Below are positions 1 through 11,950 of a DNA stretch of 64,000 bases, one piece after another (position 1 is the stretch's first letter; each line of letters begins with the position of its first letter). The stretch spans positions 1-64,000 of the forward strand of contig JAAILG010000276.1 in the NCBI GenBank assembly GCA_012026655.1, read 5' to 3'. The stretch comes from Hydrolagus affinis. Lineage: Eukaryota. Made by a program: the position numbers and the translations under genes. The notes under the pieces were generated by a model. The model was not told where the DNA came from and did not search any database. It saw nothing but the letters and a program-made list of their open reading frames with translations.

Positions 1-204
1 CCCCCCCCATTACAGCCTTCTCTCTTATTTCTTTTAAAATGTAATTAAAGACACAACGTCTTTATGCCTGGGGAGGTAAAAGAGTGGATTTTTTTTCGCC
101 AGTAGCAGCAATAACATGCCATTCGTCCCGATAGCATTACAGCCCGGTCAGTGATGTGATGATGTGTGTTCACCCCCCCACCCAAGTGGGTAGCACATTT
201 AAAA

Positions 205-250
205 ATATATATACACAGTATATACACACACACATACATACACACACATA
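205..250. repeat. (TA)/(CA)n compound microsatellite
   Basis: atatatatacacagtatatacacacacacatacatacacacacata. Confidence 0.85.
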
Positions 251-680
251 AAATTGCTTCCATTCGTGTGTCTTGAGTGTTCCAGTCACTTTGGGGATAA
301 AAGGAAAAGAAGACCGAGACCCTTTTAAACAGGTTTCCCTATTGTCTATCATGACGGTTGGATAATAGTAATTAAGGGCACTATCACTTTACTGTAGTAG
401 AGTCTGAGAAGGTTACGGATTATGTTATCAGCCGAAATTTACTGCTAATGATGGAGGCACGGTGACAGACTGACATCCTTTTAATAGCCCGGTAATGCAA
501 CCAGATTCTTCTTTCCCTTTTAAAATAATAAGAAGAAGAAATCAAGAAGCGAAATCCTTTAGCTCCAGGTAAGGGAAGCCTGGAGTTTCTCCCCTTTTTT
601 TTAAAAAAAATTAAAAAAAAGTCCTAATGTGTTTTTCCTCCTTGTTATGAACTTGGCCTCCCATCCTGCACGTCCCTTCC

Positions 681-757
681 CCTCTCTCCCTCCCTCTCTC
701 TCTTTCTCTCTCTGTCTCCCCATTCACATGAGTGAGTGAGTGAGCCAGTGAGTGAGT
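681..757. repeat. (CT)n tract followed by (GAGT)n
   Basis: cctctctccctccctctctctctttctctctct... then gagtgagtgagtgagccagtgagtgagt. Confidence 0.8.
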
Positions 758-1121
758 TTGGAGCTTATGTCGTGTGCAATTGGCACCCCCCCATATTTTG
801 CCACAGTGCGATACCAATCCAGCAATAACACAAAGAGAGCCATTGCTTGGGGAGATGTCCTTTGATCACATTTAAACGGCGAGTTTGTCAGTGCTCTGTA
901 CACCCACGTTGGAGAAAAGGTGTCTTGTTTACTTGCAGGAATGTTTGGGCTTGCGAACCAGATATCCCAACAAGTTTGTGAAAAGCAGCTGGATACTGAT
1001 GTATTGTACTGTAAAGCTCAGAAGCTTTACAATAATTAATTCATCAATCAATTAATTCCGAGGATGAAGGATTTAAAAAAAAACTTTGGGCCAAATGTTA
1101 TTAGAAAGAGTTTAATAATAC

Positions 1122-1240
1122 AGTAACAATAATAATAATCCTTGAGTTTGATATAGCGCTTTTCACGTCTCACAGAATGTACTGTAAAGTGAATTGACTG
1201 TATTTGTGGGCGAAACGTGGCAGCCAATTGCACACAACAG
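1122..1240 (-). mobile_element. 3' stub of the (TTA)n-tailed SINE
   Basis: aataataatccttgagtttgatatagcgcttttcacgtc...gtaaagtgaattgactgtatttgtgggcgaaacgtggcagccaattg is the reverse complement of the tail of the copy at 18017-18335. Confidence 0.9.
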
Positions 1241-1489
1241 TTTATCAGATAGAAGGTAGAAATACTGTAATATGTGTGCTGTCAGTACGGCAGAAATGTG
1301 CCATATCCAGACACTGTCCTGCCACAGTCGCCCTGCCACAGTCAGACCTGCCTCTATACTGCAACTCAAGCGGAAAACACAGTTTCCCCTCACACTTTAG
1401 GTGCGTGGACCAATTTGCAACGTTAGCCTTTGTGTAGCGCTCCATGACTCACTCATGCACGTAATAATTATTGATGTCCTCAAAATATT

Positions 1490-1585
1490 TAGTCAATTCA
1501 CTTTACACTATATTCTGTGAATCACTTTCCAAGTCTCGAAGACGTGATAAGGCACAAAATCAAATGCAAGGATTATTATTAATAA
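1490..1585 (+). mobile_element. 3' stub of the (TTA)n-tailed SINE
   Basis: agtcaattcactttacactatattctgtga...gacgtgataaggcacaaaatcaaatgcaaggattattatt. Confidence 0.85.
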
Positions 1586-3009
1586 TTGTAATCCTTTGCT
1601 TTTTGAGATATCCTGCTCCTTGCTTCTCAGCAATCTTTGACTCCAAATACCGATCTGCCCTTGACAGTATCTACTGTGTACTTAACACACCTTGTGGTTG
1701 CTGAGTTGGGGATGGCTTAGTGTAGTTTCCATTGTTTTTTGTTTTTCCTGCTTATTCCTGAATGTAAAGTTCGACAGTCCTAACTGAAGAAATGTACAAC
1801 ACCACTCACAGCCAGCCGATTGCCAGAATCCCTCATCCATCAAGGCACAAGTTTCTGCTTCAAGCTGCCTTCCTAATGTCTCTTCTGACCTCCTGTGGTC
1901 ATCTTCAGCTCACCAAAACAGCTCTCTTTTTTGGACTGCGTTCATCCTTGTGCACAAGCAGGTACCCAATACCCTGCTACTTTGCACTAAGATGCAGAAT
2001 ATACCATATAGTTTATGTGTAATGTGCATGTGATATCTATTGTAGGCCTGACTTTCGAACAGTGTAGGCTACAGATGATGGCTGTGCTATACATCTGGAG
2101 TTTAGCATTAAGTCCAATTTGGGATCTAAATCAGCTCCTCTCCGACCATAACCCACTACAAAGTACATGATATTGGTATATAATATACGCTACAGCCTTT
2201 GGAATGTATGTCTTTATGGAGGTAAACGGCTGTTTGGAAGGTGCTGGCAGAAACATCATTACCATCCTGGGGAGACAGATGGAGAGTCCATAGTTTCTGG
2301 CTCGAACCACAAACCCTTTAGCCATCTGCTTTAGTTTGGTAGCTTGAAATAGGACTTGAACACAATTCCCATACCTGCCTGAATCTCATCAAAGCAAAGG
2401 AAGACTTGTATCTCTCATATTAACCAGGCCACAGTTGATGTAGAGTACATTGGAAATGCATTGCTAAGGGAAGGCAATGGAACGGCCTATTTTGTTTAGT
2501 TTCTATTGATAGATTGTTCTCAATGACGAGCTACCCACAAAGTGAAGGGTTACCTTTTCACAATAGCATGAGATGTCTAGAAGATGCAAACCACAAGTTA
2601 TCTGCAGAGGGTGACCATCCTGCAGTGAATGACCCTTCAATTTGCTGCACAAATTCAACAATAGGATGCCTCTACCCAATGTTGAAGCTGTTAGGGTAAT
2701 CCAGTAAACAACTATCATCTACGTGTGAAGCAGCCTTTGTGCAGTGAGGTGGAGATCAGCATTCTCTGTAACCCTAATGCTAAATGGTGTTTTACCAGGG
2801 TGTGCCTAATACAGTACGAAATAAAATCAGTAAGAGTTGTCACGTGGAGCCTAGTATCATGAGCCAGGTATGGTCACTACACCACAAATTATATGCCCCC
2901 AAGAAGTACTCATATGGTTAGGTTAAAAACTGTAGTCATTCTCTATGGTGACAGGAAATGTATCGTCCTATAATATCACACCTGCACCTAACTTACCGTC
3001 CTGACCAAC

Positions 3010-3235
3010 AAAATGGGTCATTCGTTGTTTGTGGGACACTGCTGTGTTTACTGAGACGCCCTCCGGCGTGGAGGGCACTATATAAATCGAGATTGTTGTT
3101 GCTGTGTGCAATTGGGCTGCCGTGTTCGCTTACAAGTCGCCAGTCACTCCACTTCACAGTAAATCAGGTGAAGCGCTATGAGACGTCCTGCCTAACATGG
3201 ACAGAGCTGTACCAAATGCAAGGATTGTTATTATA
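3010..3235 (+). mobile_element. SINE 3' half interrupted by a ~55-bp L2 tail (3047-3100)
   Basis: gtttgtgggacactgctgtg | ctgagacgccctccggcgtggagggcactatataaatcgagattgttgtt | gctgtgtgcaattgggctgc...aaatgcaaggattgttattat; TSD tgctgtg at 3040-3046 and 3100-3106. Confidence 0.8.
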
Positions 3236-3562
3236 ACTTACTCTCTCTGACTGACACAAGCATATCATTATCACCTTGTTTCCAACTGTACCTTCAAACC
3301 AGTGACCATCTATGGTGCAGGGAATCAGTGGCTCATTGTTTGTATAAGGCATCTGGTGGCAAGCTTCTAATATCTTTCTTATAGTAACAGGGACCTGCAT
3401 TGCTCTCATTTTAAGACTGTCCGATTGCTTTCAAGGTGGTCATATTTAGAACAAGTGAAAGGCAATCAAGATGACAAATGGATCATGCAATTGTTGTTAT
3501 GTATTTCATAATCTTCATTAAAATGTTTTTTTGAAATATAACTGTGGTCTGCAATATTACAT

Positions 3563-4064
3563 GAAGTCCTGTAGCTCAATGGTTAGAACACTCGCCTTAC
3601 AAGTGAGAGACCTGGGTTCAATTCCAGGCAGGGCAAAACCTCGGGCAAGTTTCCTTACTCCACACGCCTGATAATAATCCCTCAAGAAAAAATAATAAAA
3701 TGGTAATTTTTCAATCCATCACTGTTGCGAGCCACTGCTAAGCGCAATGGGCTGCTGCATTTTGCCCACAATTATACAGCCGATTCACTTTACAGTATAT
3801 TCCTTAGCCTCCTTCAAGCCCCACTTCAAGACGCTCCTCTTTGATGGTCCCATCACTTACCCCACACTTGCTATCCCTCCACCCTCCACAATCCTTACTC
3901 CAGCTCGGATCTGAAACACTGACTGTCCAGCGCCTTGGGACGTCCTCCCGACGTGAAAGGCGCCATACAAATGTAATTTTGTTGTTCTTGCATTTATGCG
4001 CAGCGCTTTGAGATGTCTAGAAGACGTGATATATCAAATGCAAGCATTATGATTATTATTATTA
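3563..4064 (+). mobile_element. Full-length tRNA-derived SINE (partial CORE, (TTA)n tail) with a nested L2 3' fragment
   Basis: A-box gtagctcaatggttagaac, B-box ggttcaattcc, gggcaagtttccttactccacacgcct; the tail resumes after the L2 insert. Confidence 0.9.
3803..3990 (+). mobile_element. L2 LINE 3' end (type A, (TTG)n tail) inserted in the SINE
   Basis: ccttcaagccccacttcaagacgctcctctttgatgg (ORF2 end, FKPHFKTLLFD) plus gactgtccagcgccttgggacgtcctcccgacgtgaaaggcgcc...aatgtaattttgttgtt; homologous to 9010-9170. Confidence 0.88.
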
Positions 4065-4891
4065 CCCAATGCATCAATAAGCAGAATGCATCAGGTCTGG
4101 GATAAGTGAGAAACTCCTTCGTACTTGCAGCCTTTTCAGATGTGAATTCTTTGGGGCTTGCTCACACTGGAGAATAATTGAGGCATTGTACTGCTCCCAC
4201 TATTTGTACATTAGCTTGAGTTTAAACAGAACGCAGCCTACGATCCGCAAGGAAATCCTCATTTACTTTTAGTGGATCATTCCACCAGCCACAAAGCCAC
4301 CTCCAAGGTCTGTTGAATAGCGGTGGCATTTGGATGATGTGGCGCCAACACTAGGCCACCGAGGAATGTGGTTAAACTGTGTCACGCTAGAGTAATAGTG
4401 AAACAAAACGTTAGGACATCTGCTGTTGGTTTGAAACTTTTTGGATCGTTCCTGACATTCTACAAAACACAAGTCATACCTAACTTTGAGTGGGTAATTA
4501 CATTTGAATTCGCCTAGTAAACGTTTTCTCTTCACTAGTTTCACAATGAAGAGCAAATATAGTGGGCGAATTGCCAGTGAGGAATTTCATGGGAGCAAAT
4601 AGAAGATTATTTGGTAAAATGAAATTCTATAAACTGGAATTCTGATCCGACACATGTTCTGCCTGGAACCGTTTGTGTAACACAAGTGACAGCAGTTTTG
4701 ATGAAACCGTTGAAATTTTGAGTGGAGTTTATTTTAAGTTACCCGAATGCTTTTGAGTTTTGTGACAGTTGCCTGTGTGTATTTCACCAGTGTAATTATT
4801 TGAATTCCCTGGGGAATTTTGTTGGGAGTGAGATTTAAAATAAAATGCCTGTCCAGTAACAATTGCTCATAAACAATCTTGGATGTAATAC

Positions 4892-4950
4892 AATAATAAC
4901 AGTAAATTTACATTTGTATATCGCCTTTCACGTTGGGAGGACATCCCAAT
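4892..4950 (-). mobile_element. L2 type A 3' stub
   Basis: aaattacatttgtatatcgcctttcacgttgggaggacatccca. Confidence 0.75.
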
Positions 4951-5114
4951 ACAGTGTCAATGAGAAGCTTTAAACCTCCTCCTCGCACTGACTTGTTCAT
5001 TCCACAAATTCAGATTAAAATTATGTGAAATTTGCTCTGAATCGCCACACTGAAAGAGGAATGGATAAATAGTGTGATCAATAAGTAGTTTGAGAAAGAA
5101 TTTAAAAAATTATT

Positions 5115-5237
5115 AACAATAATAACCTTGGATTTGATATAGCACCTTATCGAGTTGTCAAGATGCCTCAAAGCATTTCACAGAGTGAATTGACTGTGTA
5201 TTTTGTTGGACAAAACTTGGCAGCCAATTGTACACAG
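5115..5237 (-). mobile_element. 3' stub of the (TTA)n-tailed SINE
   Basis: aataataaccttggatttgatatagcacc...gtgaattgactgtgtattttg...ggcagccaattgtacacag. Confidence 0.85.
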
Positions 5238-5551
5238 TAATAAAATTTTGGAGAATGTTAAAATATTTTAAACATGTAGAAAATGAAATACAGGAATTCA
5301 AATACCAGATAACAGACATTTTGACTTTGCTCCAAAGTTTCAGGTATAAAATATGTTGGCACCTGGAAGATTTTTCTACTTTAATCCCATCACACAGTCC
5401 CACTAAATACAGAGAATGACAAAAGTGGGGTTGGTTTCCTGTGCTTTAATATGGTTAACTCGAACCTGAGAACAGCAGGCAGCCCTGAATGTGTTCAAGG
5501 TACCACAAGGTGTTTTTCACACACCTTGTGCTAAATTAATGATTATAGTAC

Positions 5552-5742
5552 CATATACAAGGTTAGCTATGTGTTACAGACACGTGTCCACAGGGACCTG
5601 GATTGTGAGTGGCCCAAACCATTTCACTTAGCAGCCGTTGGAAAAAGCAGTTTCTGAACCTTTGCATCTGGGCTGGATTTGAACCCAGGTCACAGAAGAA
5701 AAAGGACAGTATTCTAACCAGCTGTGTTATCCACTTCCCCCG
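5552..5742 (-). mobile_element. Old tRNA-derived SINE, LF-SINE-like
   Basis: Minus strand reads acagctggttagaatactgtcc...gacctgggttcaaatccagcccag...gtgaaatggtttgggccactcacaatccaggtccctgtggacacgtgtc; related to 35080-35310 and resembles the recalled LF-SINE 5' half. Confidence 0.6.
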
Positions 5743-7778
5743 GAGACAATGCACTTCCATTGTCTCCTGCTGCTTTCTCAGAGTTTATGTATTTTAAGGG
5801 ATTGAGGAAAATGTATTGTAACTTTAGACTTCAATTCCAAGGTGAGGGACACCTCATTGAAAATTACATTGCAACCTGTTCATCGCTTCAGTAACTATGG
5901 AAAATAGCATTTCAACTGATTTATTGCATCAGTAAAACTTAAAAGAAGTCGACTTAAAGTCTTCTGTTTAAAAAAATTGGCAATGAAAAGGCCTTGCTCT
6001 CTGTGGGGCAGTGGCAGAAATTCTCTGCTGCCAGAGGCTTTCTTTATACAGTATATCTTTTCTCATTCTTGGTTTGTGCATGAGTGGTGTAAGATCTGTC
6101 AGAATGAGCTTTGACCTGGTCACATATGTCTTGGGATTATGTGATTTCTCTCTGGAAAGTTTCTCTCATGACTCAATCTCTAATGGAAATTCATACCAAA
6201 TCACAACTTTCCTTTTCCCATGGTTAAACATTTAGATCACACCCCAATCTTCCTTAGCATCGTACTCCCAACTCCATGTACGTTCCATTTACCTAACATC
6301 TCCTTCAGGCAATAAGCCAGATTAGATCAGGACCACGGGTTTCCTTTCAGCCCCTGCAAGTCAATCTTTGCATTCTATGAGCTAGACGTCTATGGGTGGT
6401 GAGGAGACCATCAGCATGTGCAGGATTGGAAGAGGTCATTGTACACCGTGTGACTCATCCTGAAGTAGACAGATACAACATTGCTCTGCCTATGTAGAGC
6501 GTTGCATTGGAACAGTGCCTGATTGGGCTGTTAATGCTGTATGAAACCTCTCAGAAGAGTATCTAGGGGTTCAAGGGTTGGGAACATGTACTTGGGACCA
6601 CAGCGTGTTGTGGAAGCCAAGACACTTAATACTGTGCTGCTAGATCAACCAACATTTTTAATACAAGTACAAAAATAAGATTTTTGGAAAACCGAACTGC
6701 TCTCTCTTTAAGAGGGCATCTGGTAGATTTACTAAATAACCCCAAGGCATTGCATTCGGTGGTGAGTGACTATCTCCTCATGCTTGAGGTAAGTTTAATT
6801 AAATTAGGATTTCTTTTTACAAGAATGTTACATTCTGATGATTTATATAAATATATATATATTATATTGTATATAAGAAAACGATCAATATCCAGTAACT
6901 CTTCGAAACAGCTAGCAATTCATCATTTTATTGCGACAGAAACAATTTTAAGTTTTGAAATTAAAAGTAAATCTTTTCTTTCAATAACATCCATGTTTAG
7001 GTTACACCCCATTTCATTGTTCCTTAACATTGAAACCTACTGACATTTGAAAACTTGAGTGATCAAATGTTGCATTAAATTCTAAACACATTGGCACAGT
7101 TTGAGGAACGCTTGAGATTATGCTCTCACCCCCCCTCCTCCACCCCACCACCACCCAGTCATCATCGTCCCCAAACCAAGTTTGCAGAGATGTAACTTGA
7201 GTCCCACTGCAAGGTCCTCATATTAAGAAAAATCTTGGAAACTCGGTTGTGCGAGAGCCTTGTGATTACTGAACCTCATCAGCCCAGGATGAATTTGTAT
7301 TGTATGACACTGCAGCTGAAGTGTGCAAATTAATTTGAGATGGACAGAGTTCAATAACCAGCCCACCCATGTAATGGGGAACTTCGAGAGTTCAAGCAAC
7401 AGCCTTGGATGATTACTAGATTATATTCGTTTGTTGTATTACACAGGCCTCGCTGTCAATCACAAAGCAGTTTTAATTGAGAGGGCAGTAGCAGAATTTG
7501 TTTAGACAGTTGCTTGTTCAGCCTTCCCTCATAAATACCAGCACCAACGAGTGCACATTAAGTAGAATGCATGTTTGCCAATTCAGCCATGAGTTTAAAG
7601 AAGCTAACAAGATTCGGGAAATAAAATCTAATGGTATTAAATCTTCTTAGGTTGTTTTGATACATCTACCATATGAGACTCTTACACAAAATACTGCTAA
7701 GTACTTTTGTATTCATTTTTAAAATGTGCTTCAACCAGCTTCACTGTCAGCGTGTGTGATGTATGGCCTTGTGTATGG

Positions 7779-8065
7779 TGTCGGCTTGGCTCAGTTGGTA
7801 GCATTCTCGCCTCTGGTTCAGAGGTTGTGGGTTCAAGCCCCACACTGGGATTTGAGCACACAGCAAAGACCGATACACCAATGCAATACTTGAAGTGCCG
7901 TCCTTCAGATGAGATGTTGAAACTGAGGTAGGTCTTGCATCTTCAGTGAACATAAAGACCGTCAATATATACTAAACGGAAGAAGAGATTACCCTGGCAA
8001 GCAGTAAATACAGGTCATTCACTTTCGTAGTTGCTTATAGAACATTGCCGTGTTTACCTACAAGG
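7779..8065 (+). mobile_element. Deu-domain SINE (SacSINE1-like), diverged
   Basis: tRNA head ggctcagttggtagcattctcgcctctggttcagaggttgtgggttcaagcccc; Deu core gtgccgtccttcagatgagatgttgaaactgagg. Confidence 0.8.
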
Positions 8066-8244
8066 CCAAAGTCTCTAGACCCATCAGCAATTATTATGAA
8101 GCCTTTTTTTTTAAACGTTATAGGCACTACATCAGGATTGTATGGATAATAATTGACAATAGAGTTCAAGAATGTTCAGTATTTACTAATTTGCTGTCAG
8201 AGTCCTGAAATTACAGGTTGTTTTATACCCTGCCTTGATTGAAT

Positions 8245-9310
8245 AACAACCGCTCTGCCCTTACCTCTGCCAAGTCTCCCTATAACTCCAAATTAATCTT
8301 GGAGCCCAAGGACAACCCCAGGCTCTTCCTCCACCACAAACTTTCTCCTCTGTTCACCCTCCCAAGCTCACCCATCCTCTCCTCCAACTCCAGCTGCGAA
8401 GAGACGCTGGACTTCCTCGAATCAAAACTCGAGGGGATTTGTTCAGCCGCCTCTACCCCGTCCATCACTACCTCCCCATTACCTCTCCCCCAGGATCTAC
8501 CTGCCTCCCACACTCCACTACACACTTTTGACCCTATCTCCAACCTCCCATTCCTCTGTGAGGCCCTGAAATGAGTCATTGCTTCCCAGCTTCGCTCCGT
8601 TCTGTCTCTCCATTCTCTCTTCAAACACCTGCAATCCGGCTTCCATGCTGCCCATAGCACAGAGACAGCACTGGTCAAAGTCACTAATGACATTCTAAAC
8701 ATCTGTGATAAGGGCTCTCTCCGCCTCCTTGTCCTCCTTGACCTCTCTGCTGCCTTCGACATTGTCGCCCAACTCCTCTGGCTCCCCATCACCCAGAGGA
8801 TCCAATTCAAGATCCTGGTCCTCACATTCAAAGCCCTCCATGGCCTTGTCCCATCCTACATCTGTGACTTCCTAACCCCCTACTAATCTGCCTACCCCCT
8901 CTGCTCAGCACATCCTCTGAGCCACCCATCCCACCACTGGTGGACGAGTCTTTAGCCACTCTGCCCCCAACCTCTGGAACTCCATCCCATAGTACCTCCA
9001 CCTCATCCCCTTCCTGGCCTCCTTCAAGTCCCAACTCAAGACCCTCCTCTTCGATGGTCCCATCAGTCACCCCAAATCCCCCCTTTTCCCTCCACCCTCC
9101 CTGTTCCCAGCTTGGGTCTGAAACAATGACTGTCCAGTGCCTTGGGACGTCCTCCTGACGTGAAAGGTACTACCCACGTAAAAAGTCAATTCACTTTAAA
9201 GTATATTCTGTGAAGTGCTTTGAGACGTCTAGAAGACGTGAAAAGCGCTATATCAAATGCAAGGATTATTATATTATTATTATAAAAGTGCAATTCTTCT
9301 GTTGTTGTTA
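8245..9310 (+). mobile_element. L2 LINE, 5'-truncated and internally deleted, with ORF2 remnant and 3' UTR
   Basis: One frame over 8239-8886 gives [91 protein letters not shown] (L2 RT and C-terminal motifs); tail ends gttgttg at ~9308. Confidence 0.93.
9173..9282 (+). mobile_element. SINE 3' stub inserted into the L2 tail
   Basis: agtcaattcactttaaagtatattctgtgaagtgctttgagacgtctagaagacgtgaaaagcgctatatcaaatgcaaggattatt splits the L2 tail gacgtgaaaggtacta/taaaagtgcaattc. Confidence 0.88.
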
Positions 9311-9827
9311 TTTGTGGATATTAAACAAAAGTGGTACAGAAATCGCACAGCATGAAAACATGTCATTTGTCCCATCTAGTTCTATTTAATCTCTGTTATG
9401 TATGGATTTGGATACATATGGCTTGGGTTAAGAAAGGGAAAATTAGTCAATGTCGCAGCTCTCCATGAATATCCAGAGACCTCTGCTAGAAAGTGCAGTG
9501 CAGGTGGCTGTTGGCTGCCACGCCCTCTTCTGCCATCAAATAGTTTGCCAATACAGTATTCAAGGATTGCACATGAAACAATGCCACATGCCAGAGGTAT
9601 TGAAGGGTGTCTGGCACCTGTGTAAAAAAAAGTTAAACATTTTTGGGAAAGTGGGAGGTGGGGATTGGCAGGATTTATTGAAAAACAGAAAAAAGCAACC
9701 GCTTAAAGCTCTTTCTGAAAGGGTTAGATATTTACCAGAGTTGAGTCGTCAATCAAGACAAAAAAATGAAAACACACTACCGATCGAACAGGGACTTGTG
9801 GGAATGTTTGTGGGGGCTGCCTATTGA

Positions 9828-9876
9828 TGGTCTGCGGGCCACTTCCGGTCCACGGGCCACAAGTTGGCCACCACTT
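9828..9876 (-). mobile_element. Possible hAT (Charlie/MER45-like) non-autonomous terminus
   Basis: Minus strand agtggtggccaacttgtggcccgtggaccggaagtggcccgc; partner end not found. Confidence 0.4.
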
Positions 9877-9879
9877 CAT

Positions 9880-10190
9880 TAAAACCTTCTGCCTGTTCAG
9901 GTGGATGCTAAAGATTCATTAGTTTCCCGAGTTTCTCCCAGTATCCTGGCCAACAATCTCACTGATAAAACTGGTCATTCACTTCATGAGGGATATTACT
10001 GTAACACAAATCATCTGCGGTGTTTGCCTACAAAAATTACAGTCAATACTTTACAGTGAAGTACACTACGTTGAACTGTCCTCAGTACGTGAAAAGTCAA
10101 CACAAGCACTCTACCCTGCTTGAGGGGGCGGGGTGTAAAAGCAAGTTGTTGTTGTTGAAAAGACGCTCTATCAAATGCAGGAATGAACAA
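9880..10190 (+). mobile_element. Diverged Deu-SINE 3' part with a nested 60-bp L2 tail (10097-10156)
   Basis: ctgcctgttcaggtggatgctaaagattc...gtatcctggccaacaat; insert ctaccctgcttgagggggcg...gcaagttgttgttgtt flanked by tgaaaag at 10090-10096 and 10156-10162. Confidence 0.7.
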
Positions 10191-11950
10191 GAAGTTTGAC
10201 ACATATGCCTGGCATCTCGTACAATAGATATGTTTGAAGAAAGTTTACCGAAAATATGATTGCTTTTTTCACATGTTAAATGGTTTGTATATACTTTACT
10301 CTCAATTCAGTGGAATAAAAGACAATAAGAATACATGTAAAATCATCGACTTTAAGTTGTGATGATTAAAAAATAATGCAGCTGAGCCTAAGGTGTGTTT
10401 GGTTTATAGAAAGTGGGCTTTATATAATTTATACACCAGCTGTTGCAACAGTTATCTCTATACGCTTTTCTAGGCCATTTCCTTTCTGTCTGTCTCTGAT
10501 GAAATGCTGTTGTGAAAGAATTGACTGGGGATGGGAGTGAATTGAGGGTTTTAATCCCACTGCCATTTCTGAATGGAAAGGCATACTGGTGGGAACTTTT
10601 AATGGAAGGTCCGTAATCAGAATACACTTGTATTCAGTCCCTGCAATAATGAATCTCATCAAATGTTAAAGCACAGGCATGTGTGGAAGGATAGAATTTC
10701 AAGGTTTTAGACTGTCCCCATTTTAGACACTCCTTCGGGAGTGTGTGATTACTCAGGTTTAGCAGTTTATTGCCTCATCTTTCAATATCCAGTGAAGCAC
10801 AAAATTCTAATCTAAGTTGTTCTTTCCACTTAAAGAAAAGGCCTCGATATGCTCAGAGACTTTTGCTAACATTGTGGGAGAGCTATTTCTTTGCTCTTGA
10901 TTCAAAACGATGTGGGCAAAATGATTTTCTGATGTGAACAGACACCCCATTATTGGTGCAGTTAACATTATTTAAAAAGAACATCAAAAGAAATGGGCTG
11001 TGCAATCCTAGAATAAATCAAGTCTTTTACCCTTTTTTTTAAAAAAAAGAAAAAGGAAAGCAAACAGTACTGCTGATCAAAAGCTTTGTATCTTTAAAGG
11101 GTTTTCATTACAGGAGACTTGTTAATCTGATTCAGGTTAAAGAAGTAATAACACTTTTGTTTGCCGACTGGAAAGGTTGGAAATTGAACACCACATTCCC
11201 CTTTTCACTCTCGCTCAGACATTAAGACGAGATATTTCAAATACATCAAAATATGGGAGATAGCTAGTGAGTATTGTTACGAGTCAGGAAAACAAGTTGA
11301 TTTTTTTTTTATTTTTGAAAAACACAGTATGAAGTGCTAGGACTAGTTTAACTGTAGAATCTGACTCGATGCTCTCTCTTGCTCTCATGTATTCAAAAAT
11401 CAGCCAACCGGAGATCTCTGCCTTATTTAGATTTGTGTCTGGCATTAACGGATTATTACGATAAGGTTTAAATAGCTCCTCAAAAAAAAACACGACAGGG
11501 AAGAAATAATTACATCAGTTTAAACGAGACAATTTGCTTGTAAATCTGTGTAGGTTTCGATACAGGCTAATGAAAAACAAAGTAACAAAAGATGGGGAAA
11601 GGAATACTCAGGCTTTTATTTTAACCAGATGACTGAAGTAGGATAGAAGTAAACACCGTCTTTTAAATGCCACATAAATCTGTATCCAATTGTGTAATTT
11701 TCTGTGAAAATTAAATTTGATTATCCAGTTACTGTACTACCAGTTACTATCATTATCCCGTGGAAGTTGCCAACAACTGTTCCTTTCTTATCGAGTCACA
11801 GCTGTTACATAAAGCAGGAGTGAGATGACTGGTCGTGGTTTGACCACTTAAAGAGAAATAGAAACACTTCTTCTGAAGACATTGGTTTGATTTGGAAAAT
11901 ATCAAAGAAAATCAAGGAAACAGATAATCTCTGAACACCTATTTTACATC

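Noticed and set aside
8280-8831. 183-aa minus-strand ORF (the longest)
   Set aside because: Antisense shadow of the L2 ORF2 remnant
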